DNA of 64,000 bases from a virus, in IMG/VR virus record IMGVR_UViG_3300017917_002441, positions 32,001-96,000 of that record; one strand, 5' to 3'. The position numbers and the translations under genes were made by a program. Position 1 is the first letter of the stretch; each line of letters begins with the position of its first letter. The notes beneath the pieces are model-generated. The model ran no database searches. It worked only from the letters and a program-made list of their open reading frames with translations, and was not told the DNA's origin. This document shows positions 47,300 through 56,017 of the stretch, one piece after another.

Positions 47300-48414
47300 T
47301 CAAAGTTAGTTAAGAACTCATTGATGATTTGTTGTTGAAACGCATGCGAAAAGAAGTGCTTTTGATTTCTTTTCGCAATAGCTCTTAACTGTTGCAAAGT
47401 GTGTTCATTGGCCAAGGTCAATTGATCCATGGCATACACAATGGCACGTAATCGTTGCACTGGATCTTTTATTGTGTCATATGTTTCGTCAATAAGCCCG
47501 CTGAATGTTTCAAATCCGTAACTGCGCAAATATTCAAGTGCGCCAGGGGTAGATGCAAGAATAAACGGCTGTGCGCATGCGATTGGTCGTAAAGCTTTTT
47601 CTGTTAAGTGTAGACGTTCATCGTCAAACAATGTTTCTAACACAACTTCAACATGAGTTTCTTGATAGTCTGTTGAACAATAATCTGCACTGGCTGACGC
47701 TGGGGTTTGATTCAAAGTAAAATGTTGTTCAAGATCAGTGGCAACAATTTTAAATGCAGGATTGGCGAACTCATGAGCTCTATAGTGCTGTTCGTTATCA
47801 ATGGGGTTGAATCCCATTTTACACAGTGTAGCAACACTGCTCTTTGATACTAATTCGGCAAATTTTAGTCGATATTCTCTAGACCCGCCCCAGGCTCGAT
47901 TGTAAATTAAAAATAGCTTTTGAATATTTTTCTTGTGTAGCAATGGATCATGCTCGGCATATCTGTACCAGTCACGTGCAATTAGTCCATGGCTCCAAAA
48001 GTACACTGGCCAGTGATTTTTACTTGCAAGGTTGCTAACTTGTTTACTGTTGAGTTCGCTGTGCGTAAACAACACTGGTTTATCTGAGTCCCCGGTTGCT
48101 AGTATTTTTAATTCAAATTTTCTAAACAATTCAACCGCTTGTTCGTCAGAGATGTGCCGTGATGTTGGATCAATCTGAACCATGTAATTCTTCCATTGAA
48201 TAATGTCTTGATTAGAATATTGGGAGAAGTTAATTGGCTCTTGGTCATGAGACAACATAACTAGCGATGTTTCTAATTGTTGATTGGTATAGTTTTTCAA
48301 CGGAACCATGTGTTCAAGTTTTTTTGAGCCATGCGGGAACCAGCGATAAATTATGATATCGGTCTTGACAACGTCTTCTAAAAAATTGTATAATCTATCT
48401 AAAGGAACACTCAT
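47242..48414 (-). CDS. Putative glycosyltransferase-like protein (ET...TEK family)
   Basis: VLETL...LTEK.LRPI...PF...YLRSYGFETF...IDETYD; start likely ATG 48414 (MSVPLDRLY). Confidence 0.55.
   Translation of the reverse strand: MSVPLDRLYNFLEDVVKTDIIIYRWFPHGSKKLEHMVPLKNYTNQQLETSLVMLSHDQEPINFSQYSNQDIIQWKNYMVQIDPTSRHISDEQAVELFRKFELKILATGDSDKPVLFTHSELNSKQVSNLASKNHWPVYFWSHGLIARDWYRYAEHDPLLHKKNIQKLFLIYNRAWGGSREYRLKFAELVSKSSVATLCKMGFNPIDNEQHYRAHEFANPAFKIVATDLEQHFTLNQTPASASADYCSTDYQETHVEVVLETLFDDERLHLTEKALRPIACAQPFILASTPGALEYLRSYGFETFSGLIDETYDTIKDPVQRLRAIVYAMDQLTLANEHTLQQLRAIAKRNQKHFFSHAFQQQIINEFLTNFDQAILSITPSQSSPGGVCS
48365..48394 (+). promoter_or_regulatory. sigma70-type promoter inside the opposite-strand gene
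   Basis: TTGACA-18-TATAAT, then AAGGA SD and ATG 48416. Confidence 0.55.
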
Positions 48415-48415
48415 T

Positions 48416-49669
48416 ATGAAAAATATTGGTTTTATTGGTCTGGGCAAACTTGGCCTTGACTGTGCTGAAGTATTTGCTGAAAAGCACACAGTTCGCGGGT
48501 TTGATATTTACCAACGTACCAGCAACAGTGTAAAAGTTTGCGGCATTGAAGAATGTGTCAACGAAAGCGAGTGGATCTTTATTGCTGTGCCTACACCGCA
48601 TGCTGATGGATATGATGGCTCAGTGCCCAGCAGCCACATGTGTCCCATGGACTTTGGGCATGACGCTGTAATCGAAGCAATTGACAATGTCAATAAACAC
48701 GCTCGTGAATCAAAGAAAATTGTGTTGATTTCAACAGTGTTGCCTGGAACAACACGCCGTAAGTTTATCACACGCCTTGACAAAAAGCACCAGTTCTTGT
48801 ACAACCCTTATCTCATTGCCATGGGCAGTGTGAAGTGGGACATGGTCAATCCTGAAATGGTCATGATTGGCACAGAAGATGGCAACCCCAATGCACTAGC
48901 CGGCGAGCTAATTGACATTTACAAAACTATTATGCAAAACAACCCACGTTACGAAATTGGTACATGGGACGAATGCGAAGCCATCAAGATCTTCTATAAC
49001 ACATTTATTTCAGCCAAAGTTGGACTTGCAAACATGATTCAAGACTTTGCAATGAAAATTGGCAACATCAATGTTGATGTAGTTACAAACGCATTGGCAC
49101 GTAGTACCATGCGTATCATGGGGCCTAAATACATGACAGCAGGCATGGGCGATGCCGGTGCTTGCCATCCACGTGACAACATTGCCTTGCGCTGGCTAGC
49201 ACAAGAATACGACATTGGTTACGACTTGTTTGACACAATTATGCATGCTCGTGAAGTGCAAGCAAAAAACTTAGCAGAATTCTTAGTTAAAGAATCAGGT
49301 AATTACATTGTTGGTCAATACATGCCAATTGCTATTCATGGCAAAGCCTACAAGCCCGATGTTCCCTACTGCATTGGTAGTTACAGTACACTAGTGGGAC
49401 ACTATATCAAAGCCTTGGGCCGCGATGTTGTTTATCTTGATCCCTTGGCCGATGACCCCACAGATGTAGTAGCAAACCTTGGTGATACACCACATGTTGT
49501 GTTGTGGGCACACAACCGTAAAATCACATATGAGTACACTGGCGATCAAGCTGATACTCAACCCTATTGTGAAATTCCACAAGGATCTGTTATTGTTGAT
49601 CCGTGGCGTAAATTAGAACTCACAGGAAAGCATACTATTATCCATTATGGCAACACACGAAATAATTAA
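48416..49669 (+). CDS. UDP-glucose/GDP-mannose dehydrogenase family protein
   Basis: GFIGLGKLG, IAVPTP, STVLPGT, EAIK..YN, GACHPRD (catalytic Cys). Confidence 0.88.
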   Translation: MKNIGFIGLGKLGLDCAEVFAEKHTVRGFDIYQRTSNSVKVCGIEECVNESEWIFIAVPTPHADGYDGSVPSSHMCPMDFGHDAVIEAIDNVNKHARESKKIVLISTVLPGTTRRKFITRLDKKHQFLYNPYLIAMGSVKWDMVNPEMVMIGTEDGNPNALAGELIDIYKTIMQNNPRYEIGTWDECEAIKIFYNTFISAKVGLANMIQDFAMKIGNINVDVVTNALARSTMRIMGPKYMTAGMGDAGACHPRDNIALRWLAQEYDIGYDLFDTIMHAREVQAKNLAEFLVKESGNYIVGQYMPIAIHGKAYKPDVPYCIGSYSTLVGHYIKALGRDVVYLDPLADDPTDVVANLGDTPHVVLWAHNRKITYEYTGDQADTQPYCEIPQGSVIVDPWRKLELTGKHTIIHYGNTRNN

Positions 49670-50168
49670 GTACAATCTTGAAGTGTTTTGGGACGACGAG
49701 TATCAGCGTCTTGAGTATGTCAATGAACCCTTCAACGATGCACCCAACATGTTGCGTTGGGTAGAGTTAGGGTTTGCATTTAACAAGTGCACAGGTGACA
49801 TGTGTGATATGCGAGCCCAACAGCCTACTTGGAACAGCAAGTTTATCAAGCACTTTCAATCTCAAGGCTGGAAAGATATTGGTACTAGCTATTACAGAAT
49901 GATGCCCGGTACTATATTACCAACACACGGCGACCTTTACGTAAAATACGTTAATTTGTTTAACCTGCATGGCCAAGAGCATCGCATTAGACGTGCAATT
50001 GTGTTTCTTGAGGACTGGCAAAGCGGACATTACTTTGAGGGCATGGGTCGGCCACTTACTGAGTGGAAGGCCGGCACTGTTGTAGAGTGGCCATTTGACA
50101 CTCCCCACATGGCCGCCAACATGGGATTCACCCCAAGATATACTTTACAAATAACAGGACACGTATGA
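49647..50168 (+). CDS. Cupin/2OG-Fe(II) oxygenase-like protein
   Basis: PG..LPTHGD...H.AAN...R..LQITG. Confidence 0.6.
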   Translation: MATHEIIKYNLEVFWDDEYQRLEYVNEPFNDAPNMLRWVELGFAFNKCTGDMCDMRAQQPTWNSKFIKHFQSQGWKDIGTSYYRMMPGTILPTHGDLYVKYVNLFNLHGQEHRIRRAIVFLEDWQSGHYFEGMGRPLTEWKAGTVVEWPFDTPHMAANMGFTPRYTLQITGHV

Positions 50169-51076
50169 TAAGCTCCTACAACGAGTGGAGCCCGCTTAAA
50201 AAAATCATTGTGGGCGATGCTACTAATGCCAACTGGCCTTTGTATGATCCCGTTTTTAAGCTAGAAAGCGAAAAAACAACTTGGAAAGAAACACCAGTAC
50301 CATCAGGCCCTGTGCCACAATGGATTATCGACGAAGCCAATGAAGACCTTGAAATCCTTGCCACAACATTGACCAAGTTGGGTGTAGAAGTATTGCGTCC
50401 AGACCCGCTGAATTTTCAAGTTCACGATGGCATGTACAATTACTGTCCTAGAGATAGACTGCTGGTGTACGGCGACACAATAATTGATCCTGCCATGATG
50501 TATCCTTGTAGAGACATGGAATTACAGTGCTATCATGACATAGTTGATTCTGCATCAAATTACAAATTCATGCCACGCAATGAGGGTATGGTATTGGATG
50601 CGGCAAATGTGTGCAGACTCAATGACAAAATGTTATTCTTGGAATCAGCATCGGGTAATCGCAAGGCCTATGAGTGGCTGTGTGAACAATTTCCCAATGT
50701 TGAAATTGAACTTTGCAATTTTTATGCTGGTGTACACATTGATTCAACTATTGTGCCTTTGCGTGAAGGATTGGTTATGTTAAATGGCAGTAGAGTATCA
50801 TTTGACGATGTACCCCGTGTGTTTGATGGCTGGCAAAAAATTTGGGTTCGCGACGTAGTACCTCAAGGATTTCATGAATATCCATATGCATCAAAATGGA
50901 TTGCTATGAACATGTTGGTAGTAGATCCGCACACTGTGATATGCGATGCTGATCAACCCAACTTAATTAAAACTCTAGAAAGTTACAAGTTTACAGTGAT
51001 TCCCTTACGGTTAAGACAAAGCCGCACTCTAGGAGGCGGCTTTCATTGCGTCACACTTGATTTGGTTAGAGCTTAG
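50165..51076 (+). CDS. Amidinotransferase (AGAT/StrB1-like)
   Basis: NEW.PL..IIVG, CPRD, DAAN, HIDST, MN.L, GGGFHCVTLD. Confidence 0.88.
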   Translation: MISSYNEWSPLKKIIVGDATNANWPLYDPVFKLESEKTTWKETPVPSGPVPQWIIDEANEDLEILATTLTKLGVEVLRPDPLNFQVHDGMYNYCPRDRLLVYGDTIIDPAMMYPCRDMELQCYHDIVDSASNYKFMPRNEGMVLDAANVCRLNDKMLFLESASGNRKAYEWLCEQFPNVEIELCNFYAGVHIDSTIVPLREGLVMLNGSRVSFDDVPRVFDGWQKIWVRDVVPQGFHEYPYASKWIAMNMLVVDPHTVICDADQPNLIKTLESYKFTVIPLRLRQSRTLGGGFHCVTLDLVRA

Positions 51077-51431
51077 TCACGATCATATAAGGGTTAGTAA
51101 ATGTTAAAAAAAAGTTAACAGCCCGTTCAAAAATGTCATCAAACTCAACTTCAACTACATAACCATTGTCGGTCCATTCAACAGTTTTTTCAATTTGATT
51201 AGTCAGCACCAGCATCATATCTTCAAGGGTGTTTATGGATACATTGGTACTAGACATGATCAAATCACCAAGATCGTTTTCGGCATCAAGCGAAACTAAA
51301 ATAGTGTCTCCCGATGTCAATTCTATAGGTTCAGCTTTGAATTTAGCATAGTCAAAATTGGGGTCTTGATCAGCAAGCGATTTTGGGTAAAAAAAGTCTT
51401 TGCTGAACTCAAATTTAGTTCGTATAGTCAT
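51066..51431 (-). CDS. Hypothetical acidic protein
   Basis: TATAAATA on - strand at 51453-51460, GGAG SD. Confidence 0.65.
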   Translation of the reverse strand: MTIRTKFEFSKDFFYPKSLADQDPNFDYAKFKAEPIELTSGDTILVSLDAENDLGDLIMSSTNVSINTLEDMMLVLTNQIEKTVEWTDNGYVVEVEFDDIFERAVNFFLTFTNPYMIVTKL

Positions 51432-51470
51432 TTGGGAAGTCTCCAGTTAGAGTATTTATAACAACACTGC

Positions 51471-51499
51471 TTGACTTTTATTTTGTTTCGCTATATAAT
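51471..51499 (+). promoter_or_regulatory. sigma70-type promoter, leaderless geometry
   Basis: TTGACT-17-TATAAT; ATG 51506 is 6 nt after -10. Confidence 0.7.
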
Positions 51500-51505
51500 A
51501 AGCCT

Positions 51506-52534
51506 ATGACTAACAAATTTGGTTTCTGTTGCAAGTGGATCGATGACCCCAGCGAATGCGCTGGTCGTAAACCCACTACCGAAAGCCGTGATCTCAACGG
51601 CCGTTCAACTACTATGCGCTGGCTTCGCGAACACCCAAACGAAGCCGAACAGCGTCAGTGGGACATCATGAATCACAATGCTCGTGCGGCTCTGCTTATG
51701 GTTGAACGGGTTGCCGCATTACCACCCGAGCGTAGAATGGTGCGGCTGGGCAGTGAAATGCTACAAGGCTACACACACGAAGACTGGATTCCATTTTGGC
51801 AACAAGCAGATGTGCAAGCTCATTGTGCGCGGATCTTTGCGCCAGTTGGTGCTCGTGCTAGAGAACTAGGCGTGCGCTTGGGTTTTCATCCCGGTCAGTT
51901 TTGTGTACTGGCAAGTGAAAGCGACGAAATTGTAGAACGCAGTATTCTTGAATTTGAATACCACGCCGACATGGCTCGCTGGATGGGCTATGGTAGCACA
52001 TGGCATGATCATGGTTTTATGATCAATGTCCACTTGTCGGGCAAAGGTGGCCCAGACAAATTTTTGCGGACTCTTGGTAAACTTAGCCCCGAGGCTCGCA
52101 ACCTCATAACTATAGAAAACGACGAGGTATCAAATGGTTTGGACGTTACTCTCTCTGTGGCTGATCATGTGGCTCTTGTGCTGGACATTCATCACCACTG
52201 GGTCAAGACCGGTGAGTACATCGACGCAGGAGATGCTCGTGTACAGCGTGTGGCTGAGTCTTGGCGTGACGCTCGCCCTGGCATGCATTATAGTGTTAGC
52301 CGCGAAGATCTTCTTGTTGGTCATGATACCGGAAATCGCCCAGATCTTGCTGGACTTCTTGATCGAGGTTTTAAAAAGCAACAACTCAGGGCACACAGCG
52401 ATTTCATGTGGAATTCGGCTGTGAACAAGTGGGCACTGACCTTTTGTGATCAATTTGACATTGAAGTCGAAGCCAAAGGTAAAAATTTAGCAACCGATGG
52501 GTTGCATCAACAATGGCTGGCAACACGTGCTTGA
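51506..52534 (+). CDS. uvsE: UV-damage endonuclease UvsE/UVDE
   Basis: GF.C, RLGFHPGQF.VL.S, IENDE, LDIHHH, H.S, RAHSD, EAK.K. Confidence 0.88.
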   Translation: MTNKFGFCCKWIDDPSECAGRKPTTESRDLNGRSTTMRWLREHPNEAEQRQWDIMNHNARAALLMVERVAALPPERRMVRLGSEMLQGYTHEDWIPFWQQADVQAHCARIFAPVGARARELGVRLGFHPGQFCVLASESDEIVERSILEFEYHADMARWMGYGSTWHDHGFMINVHLSGKGGPDKFLRTLGKLSPEARNLITIENDEVSNGLDVTLSVADHVALVLDIHHHWVKTGEYIDAGDARVQRVAESWRDARPGMHYSVSREDLLVGHDTGNRPDLAGLLDRGFKKQQLRAHSDFMWNSAVNKWALTFCDQFDIEVEAKGKNLATDGLHQQWLATRA

Positions 52535-52811
52535 TATTTTTGAAAACACATTTGAATGGATAAAAGATGACTGGAACTCTCATCCTTTCCGCTTTGTTAT
52601 CGAATTGCTTGCTTGGGCTATTAGTATTGGGTGCTCAATCACAATGGCTCTTACGGTCCCAAATCCACCTTTGCTTGTTCTTTATCCTATTTGGATTGCA
52701 GGTTGTGCTATGTACGCTTGGTCTGCTTATACTAGGAAATCATTTGGCATGCTGGCTAACTACATCTTGTTAACTACTATAGACACAGTTGGACTGATAC
52801 GCATGTTATAA
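52527..52811 (+). CDS. Small membrane protein (three TMs)
   Basis: Hydrophobic segments; probable GTG start 52527. Confidence 0.65.
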   Translation: MLDIFENTFEWIKDDWNSHPFRFVIELLAWAISIGCSITMALTVPNPPLLVLYPIWIAGCAMYAWSAYTRKSFGMLANYILLTTIDTVGLIRML

Positions 52812-52818
52812 AATAAAC

Positions 52819-52842
52819 GGCCCCGTAAGGGGCTTTTTATTT
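52819..52842 (+). terminator. Rho-independent terminator
   Basis: GGCCCC-GTAA-GGGGCT then T-run. Confidence 0.7.
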
Positions 52843-52857
52843 GGCGTAAATAAAGTC

Positions 52858-54909
52858 ATGCTAAAAAAATTACTGCTTTCACCATGGACAGCAACGGTAA
52901 CTCTTGTATTAATCTTGGCAGTTAGAACCGCAGATCCTGTTTTTGTTGAAAGTATTAGATTACGTTATTTTGACACACTGATCACTGCCAAAGAATCTAC
53001 AGTCAACAACATTGTTACTGTAAATATTGACGAAGCCAGTTTGGATCGTTATGGTCAATGGCCGTTGCCGAGAGCTGAATATGCCAAAATTGTTCGAGAT
53101 CTATACCAGAAGGGAGCAGGCCTTGTGGTACTTAATGTACTCATGCCAGAGCCAGACCGCACAGGTGGCGACAGTGCGTTGGGTCAAACTCTAAAGGAAT
53201 TCCCAGTAGTGCTGGGCAGTGCGCCTGCAAACAACACCAAAAACACTCCACGAGTACCTGGCTCAGCAGTGCTGAATCCCGAGTACCTAGATCAAATCAT
53301 ACAATATCCGGGGTTAATAGCCAACGTTCCGCAATTGGAACGCAATGCCGCTGGTGTTGGCGTCACAGGCACACTGCCCGAAGTCGACGGTGTTAATCGT
53401 CGCATGCCTTTGATTGTTGCAGTAGATGGCAAACTATATCCAGCTCTAAGCTTAGAAACTTTGCGTGTGGCAGCCAACGATTCAACCTTTCAAGTCAAGC
53501 TGTTTGAAGGCGGTGTTGAAAAAATGCGCATTCCACAGTTTGGTGTCATTGCAACGGATAGCCTAGGGCGTGTGTGGATTGACTGGAGTCAACAAAGTCA
53601 AAGCTACAGTCTAACCAATATACCAAACAATTTAAACGGAGCTATTGTAATAGTAGGCCCTACGGCCGCTGGAATAGGTAACCCGTTGCCAACTGCTCGT
53701 GGTGCTGTGTGGCCGCACGAAGTGCAAGCCGCAGTGATAGGCACCATGGTCAACGGCGTTGTTATACAACGTCCTGACTACGCAGACGGTGTAGAAATCA
53801 TAGCCCTGGCAGTGGCTAGTATATTACTGCTGTTTTTAACAAGGTGGACTTATGCGGGATTGGCTAGTGTTATTGTGTTGGTTTGTGGCTCCGTGGCTGG
53901 TAGTTGGTGGGCTTTTACTAATCATTTATGGTTATATGACGCTACTGCCTTTGCAGTTGGCACAGTCCTGGTCGCTTTGCATGCCTACGGAGTCAAATTT
54001 GTTTCAGAGTTCTTACAGAAACAACAAATAAAGAAACAGTTTGGCACATATCTCTCGCCCGCCATGGTTGAGAAGTTGCAGAAGAATCCTGAGCTATTAA
54101 CTTTGGGTGGCGAGTCAAGAGAGTTAAGTATCATGTTCACTGATGTGCGCGGGTTTACTTCGATATCTGAACACTATGGTCGAGACGTACAAGGTCTTAC
54201 TAAAATTATGAACCGGTACATGACTGCAATGACTGCCAAGATCATAGAAAACAACGGAACGTTAGACAAATACATTGGCGATGCACAAATGGCATTTTGG
54301 AACGCACCGCTAGACGATGCAGATCACGCAAAAAACGCAGTTCGAACAGCATTAGAAATGATGAGGAGCCTTGATGACTTTAATGCAGAAATTACTCAAG
54401 AAGGTGTGCCAGCCTTTGGTATGGGTCTTGGAATCAACACCGACACTGTTGTGGTGGGTAATATGGGATCTAGTCAGCGTTTTGACTATACTTGCCTTGG
54501 TGATGGCGTCAATTTGGCTAGCCGATTGGAGGGCCAGAGTAAGCCGTACGGTGTCCGAATTGTACTTGGTCCAAGGACTGCAGAATTGGTGCAGGAAGAA
54601 TACTACGTACTAGAACTAGACTGTATTGCTGTTAAAGGCAAAACACAAGGTGTACACATCTATACAGTGCTAGGGCACAACAATGATGTTGTTGCCGAAT
54701 CCAATGATAGACAGATGCACGAAGCAATGTTGGCATTGTATCGTCAGAAAAAGTTTGATACAGCTATAAAATTCTGTCAGGACTTGCGCGGAAGATTCAA
54801 CGGTGAAATGGATTACTACTACACTGCTTGGATTGAACGTTGTGAAGAAATGAAAAACACCCCTTTGCCCACAGACTGGGACGGGGTGTATCGTGCTACC
54901 AGCAAATAA
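52858..54909 (+). CDS. CHASE2-domain class III adenylate cyclase
   Basis: N-terminal TM; IDE.SL..YGQWP.PR and DGV.RR.PL (CHASE2); three TMs; FTDVRGFT, DKYIGDA, FDYT.LGD.VNLASRLE; TAAATA 5 nt before ATG. Confidence 0.93.
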   Translation: MLKKLLLSPWTATVTLVLILAVRTADPVFVESIRLRYFDTLITAKESTVNNIVTVNIDEASLDRYGQWPLPRAEYAKIVRDLYQKGAGLVVLNVLMPEPDRTGGDSALGQTLKEFPVVLGSAPANNTKNTPRVPGSAVLNPEYLDQIIQYPGLIANVPQLERNAAGVGVTGTLPEVDGVNRRMPLIVAVDGKLYPALSLETLRVAANDSTFQVKLFEGGVEKMRIPQFGVIATDSLGRVWIDWSQQSQSYSLTNIPNNLNGAIVIVGPTAAGIGNPLPTARGAVWPHEVQAAVIGTMVNGVVIQRPDYADGVEIIALAVASILLLFLTRWTYAGLASVIVLVCGSVAGSWWAFTNHLWLYDATAFAVGTVLVALHAYGVKFVSEFLQKQQIKKQFGTYLSPAMVEKLQKNPELLTLGGESRELSIMFTDVRGFTSISEHYGRDVQGLTKIMNRYMTAMTAKIIENNGTLDKYIGDAQMAFWNAPLDDADHAKNAVRTALEMMRSLDDFNAEITQEGVPAFGMGLGINTDTVVVGNMGSSQRFDYTCLGDGVNLASRLEGQSKPYGVRIVLGPRTAELVQEEYYVLELDCIAVKGKTQGVHIYTVLGHNNDVVAESNDRQMHEAMLALYRQKKFDTAIKFCQDLRGRFNGEMDYYYTAWIERCEEMKNTPLPTDWDGVYRATSK

Positions 54910-54911
54910 AT

Positions 54912-55205
54912 TTACTGAGCCTTGTCAACAGATTTGTTGATTTTCTTGTCAGCTTCCATGCGTTCGCGTTCAATTTTATCGCCACGCAAATGCAAAGTCA
55001 CAGTGACCTTTTGATTGAGTCTGATCAAATCGTTATCCAACATACGAATACGATCGATCAAGGCAATTAATGTGGTGTTGGCTTCGCTCAACACTGGCTT
55101 GATTTCTGTTGTTGCCCACTTCCATACATAAAATATCAAGTAGCCCATGCCCCCGGCAGCTACTATAGGAAATCCATATTTGTTAACTAATTCTACAATG
55201 TCCAT
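54912..55205 (-). CDS. Small membrane/coiled-coil protein (GFPI motif)
   Basis: YGFPI TM then coiled coil; paralogue of 55694..55972. Confidence 0.7.
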   Translation of the reverse strand: MDIVELVNKYGFPIVAAGGMGYLIFYVWKWATTEIKPVLSEANTTLIALIDRIRMLDNDLIRLNQKVTVTLHLRGDKIERERMEADKKINKSVDKAQ

Positions 55206-55208
55206 ACT

Positions 55209-55358
55209 TTACCCCAATAAAATTCCAACAACAACACCGATTGCAAACGCAACACTGGCAACATAAAACAAATCTCGGTCATGCCATAGAGGTTGATTTT
55301 TTAAATATATTTTGGTATGTTCAGGTAGACTGTTGTACCATTGGCTCCATTTGTCCAT
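55209..55358 (-). CDS. Small membrane protein (49 aa, not in ORF track)
   Basis: MDKWSQWYNSLPEHTK...VASVAFAIGVVVGILLG*; AAGGA SD. Confidence 0.6.
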   Translation of the reverse strand: MDKWSQWYNSLPEHTKIYLKNQPLWHDRDLFYVASVAFAIGVVVGILLG

Positions 55359-55503
55359 GTTGTAATCCTTGTTGTACTAATGCATTTAATTGGTCGGCGC
55401 ATCGTCTAATATCTTGCGACAGTTCTCCGTTACCAATGTCCTTTTCAACATCTCTTGCTACGTCATGCAGTTTAATTACGTCATCTACTAGTCTAAGAAT
55501 CAT
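55321..55503 (-). CDS. Hypothetical protein
   Basis: GAGG SD before ATG 55503; LHDVAR...DIRRCAD. Confidence 0.55.
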   Translation of the reverse strand: MILRLVDDVIKLHDVARDVEKDIGNGELSQDIRRCADQLNALVQQGLQHGQMEPMVQQST

Positions 55504-55513
55504 GTGATGCCTC

Positions 55514-55693
55514 TCAATCAATTTTGTTAACAAACTTTTCAAACGCATCTAGCCGACGCAGCCAACGCTGGCCGTCAATCTCAACCAGCTGAAAAACGTC
55601 ACCGGGATTCCAAGTTAGTTTTGCAACATTGATCTCTTCGTCAAGTTTGATACCGTTGGGATACAAGTCCCAGTCATAATCAACGTACTTCAT
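55514..55693 (-). CDS. Small protein, AbrB/MazE-like (59 aa, not in ORF track)
   Basis: MKYVDYDWDL...LTWNPGDVFQLVEIDGQRWLRR... Confidence 0.55.
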   Translation of the reverse strand: MKYVDYDWDLYPNGIKLDEEINVAKLTWNPGDVFQLVEIDGQRWLRRLDAFEKFVNKID

Positions 55694-55972
55694 TTAGTCC
55701 CTTCTAGCATCACTTTGTTCTGCTCGAGCAATACGATCTAAGTCAGGTTCTAGCCCTAGAGCATGCGATACTTTGGTGTCAATACGTACAACGTCGTGAT
55801 TCATGGCAGCCACACGTTTGTCTAATGCGCCAATAATACCGGCCATGCCTTTAACGCTGGAGGTAACTCCAGCAAGAATAAATTTCAGTGTTAGAAATAC
55901 AAAATAGCCGGCTGCAATAGCGGCTGCGATTGGAAAACCTAGTTCTGCAACTAGCTTGAAAAACTCACCCAT
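55694..55972 (-). CDS. Small membrane/coiled-coil protein (GFPI motif)
   Basis: LGFPI TM; AAGGAG SD; TAAATA at 56009-56014 on - strand. Confidence 0.7.
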   Translation of the reverse strand: MGEFFKLVAELGFPIAAAIAAGYFVFLTLKFILAGVTSSVKGMAGIIGALDKRVAAMNHDVVRIDTKVSHALGLEPDLDRIARAEQSDARRD

Positions 55973-56017
55973 GTTGGCTCCTTGAAGGATATAATTTTAT
56001 TATGCAATTATTTATTA

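Noticed and set aside
52858-54909. Cyclase as a Pycsar/CBASS-type defence enzyme
   Set aside because: CHASE2-TM-class III architecture with purine (ATP) specificity residues and no adjacent TIR or cNMP-binding effector
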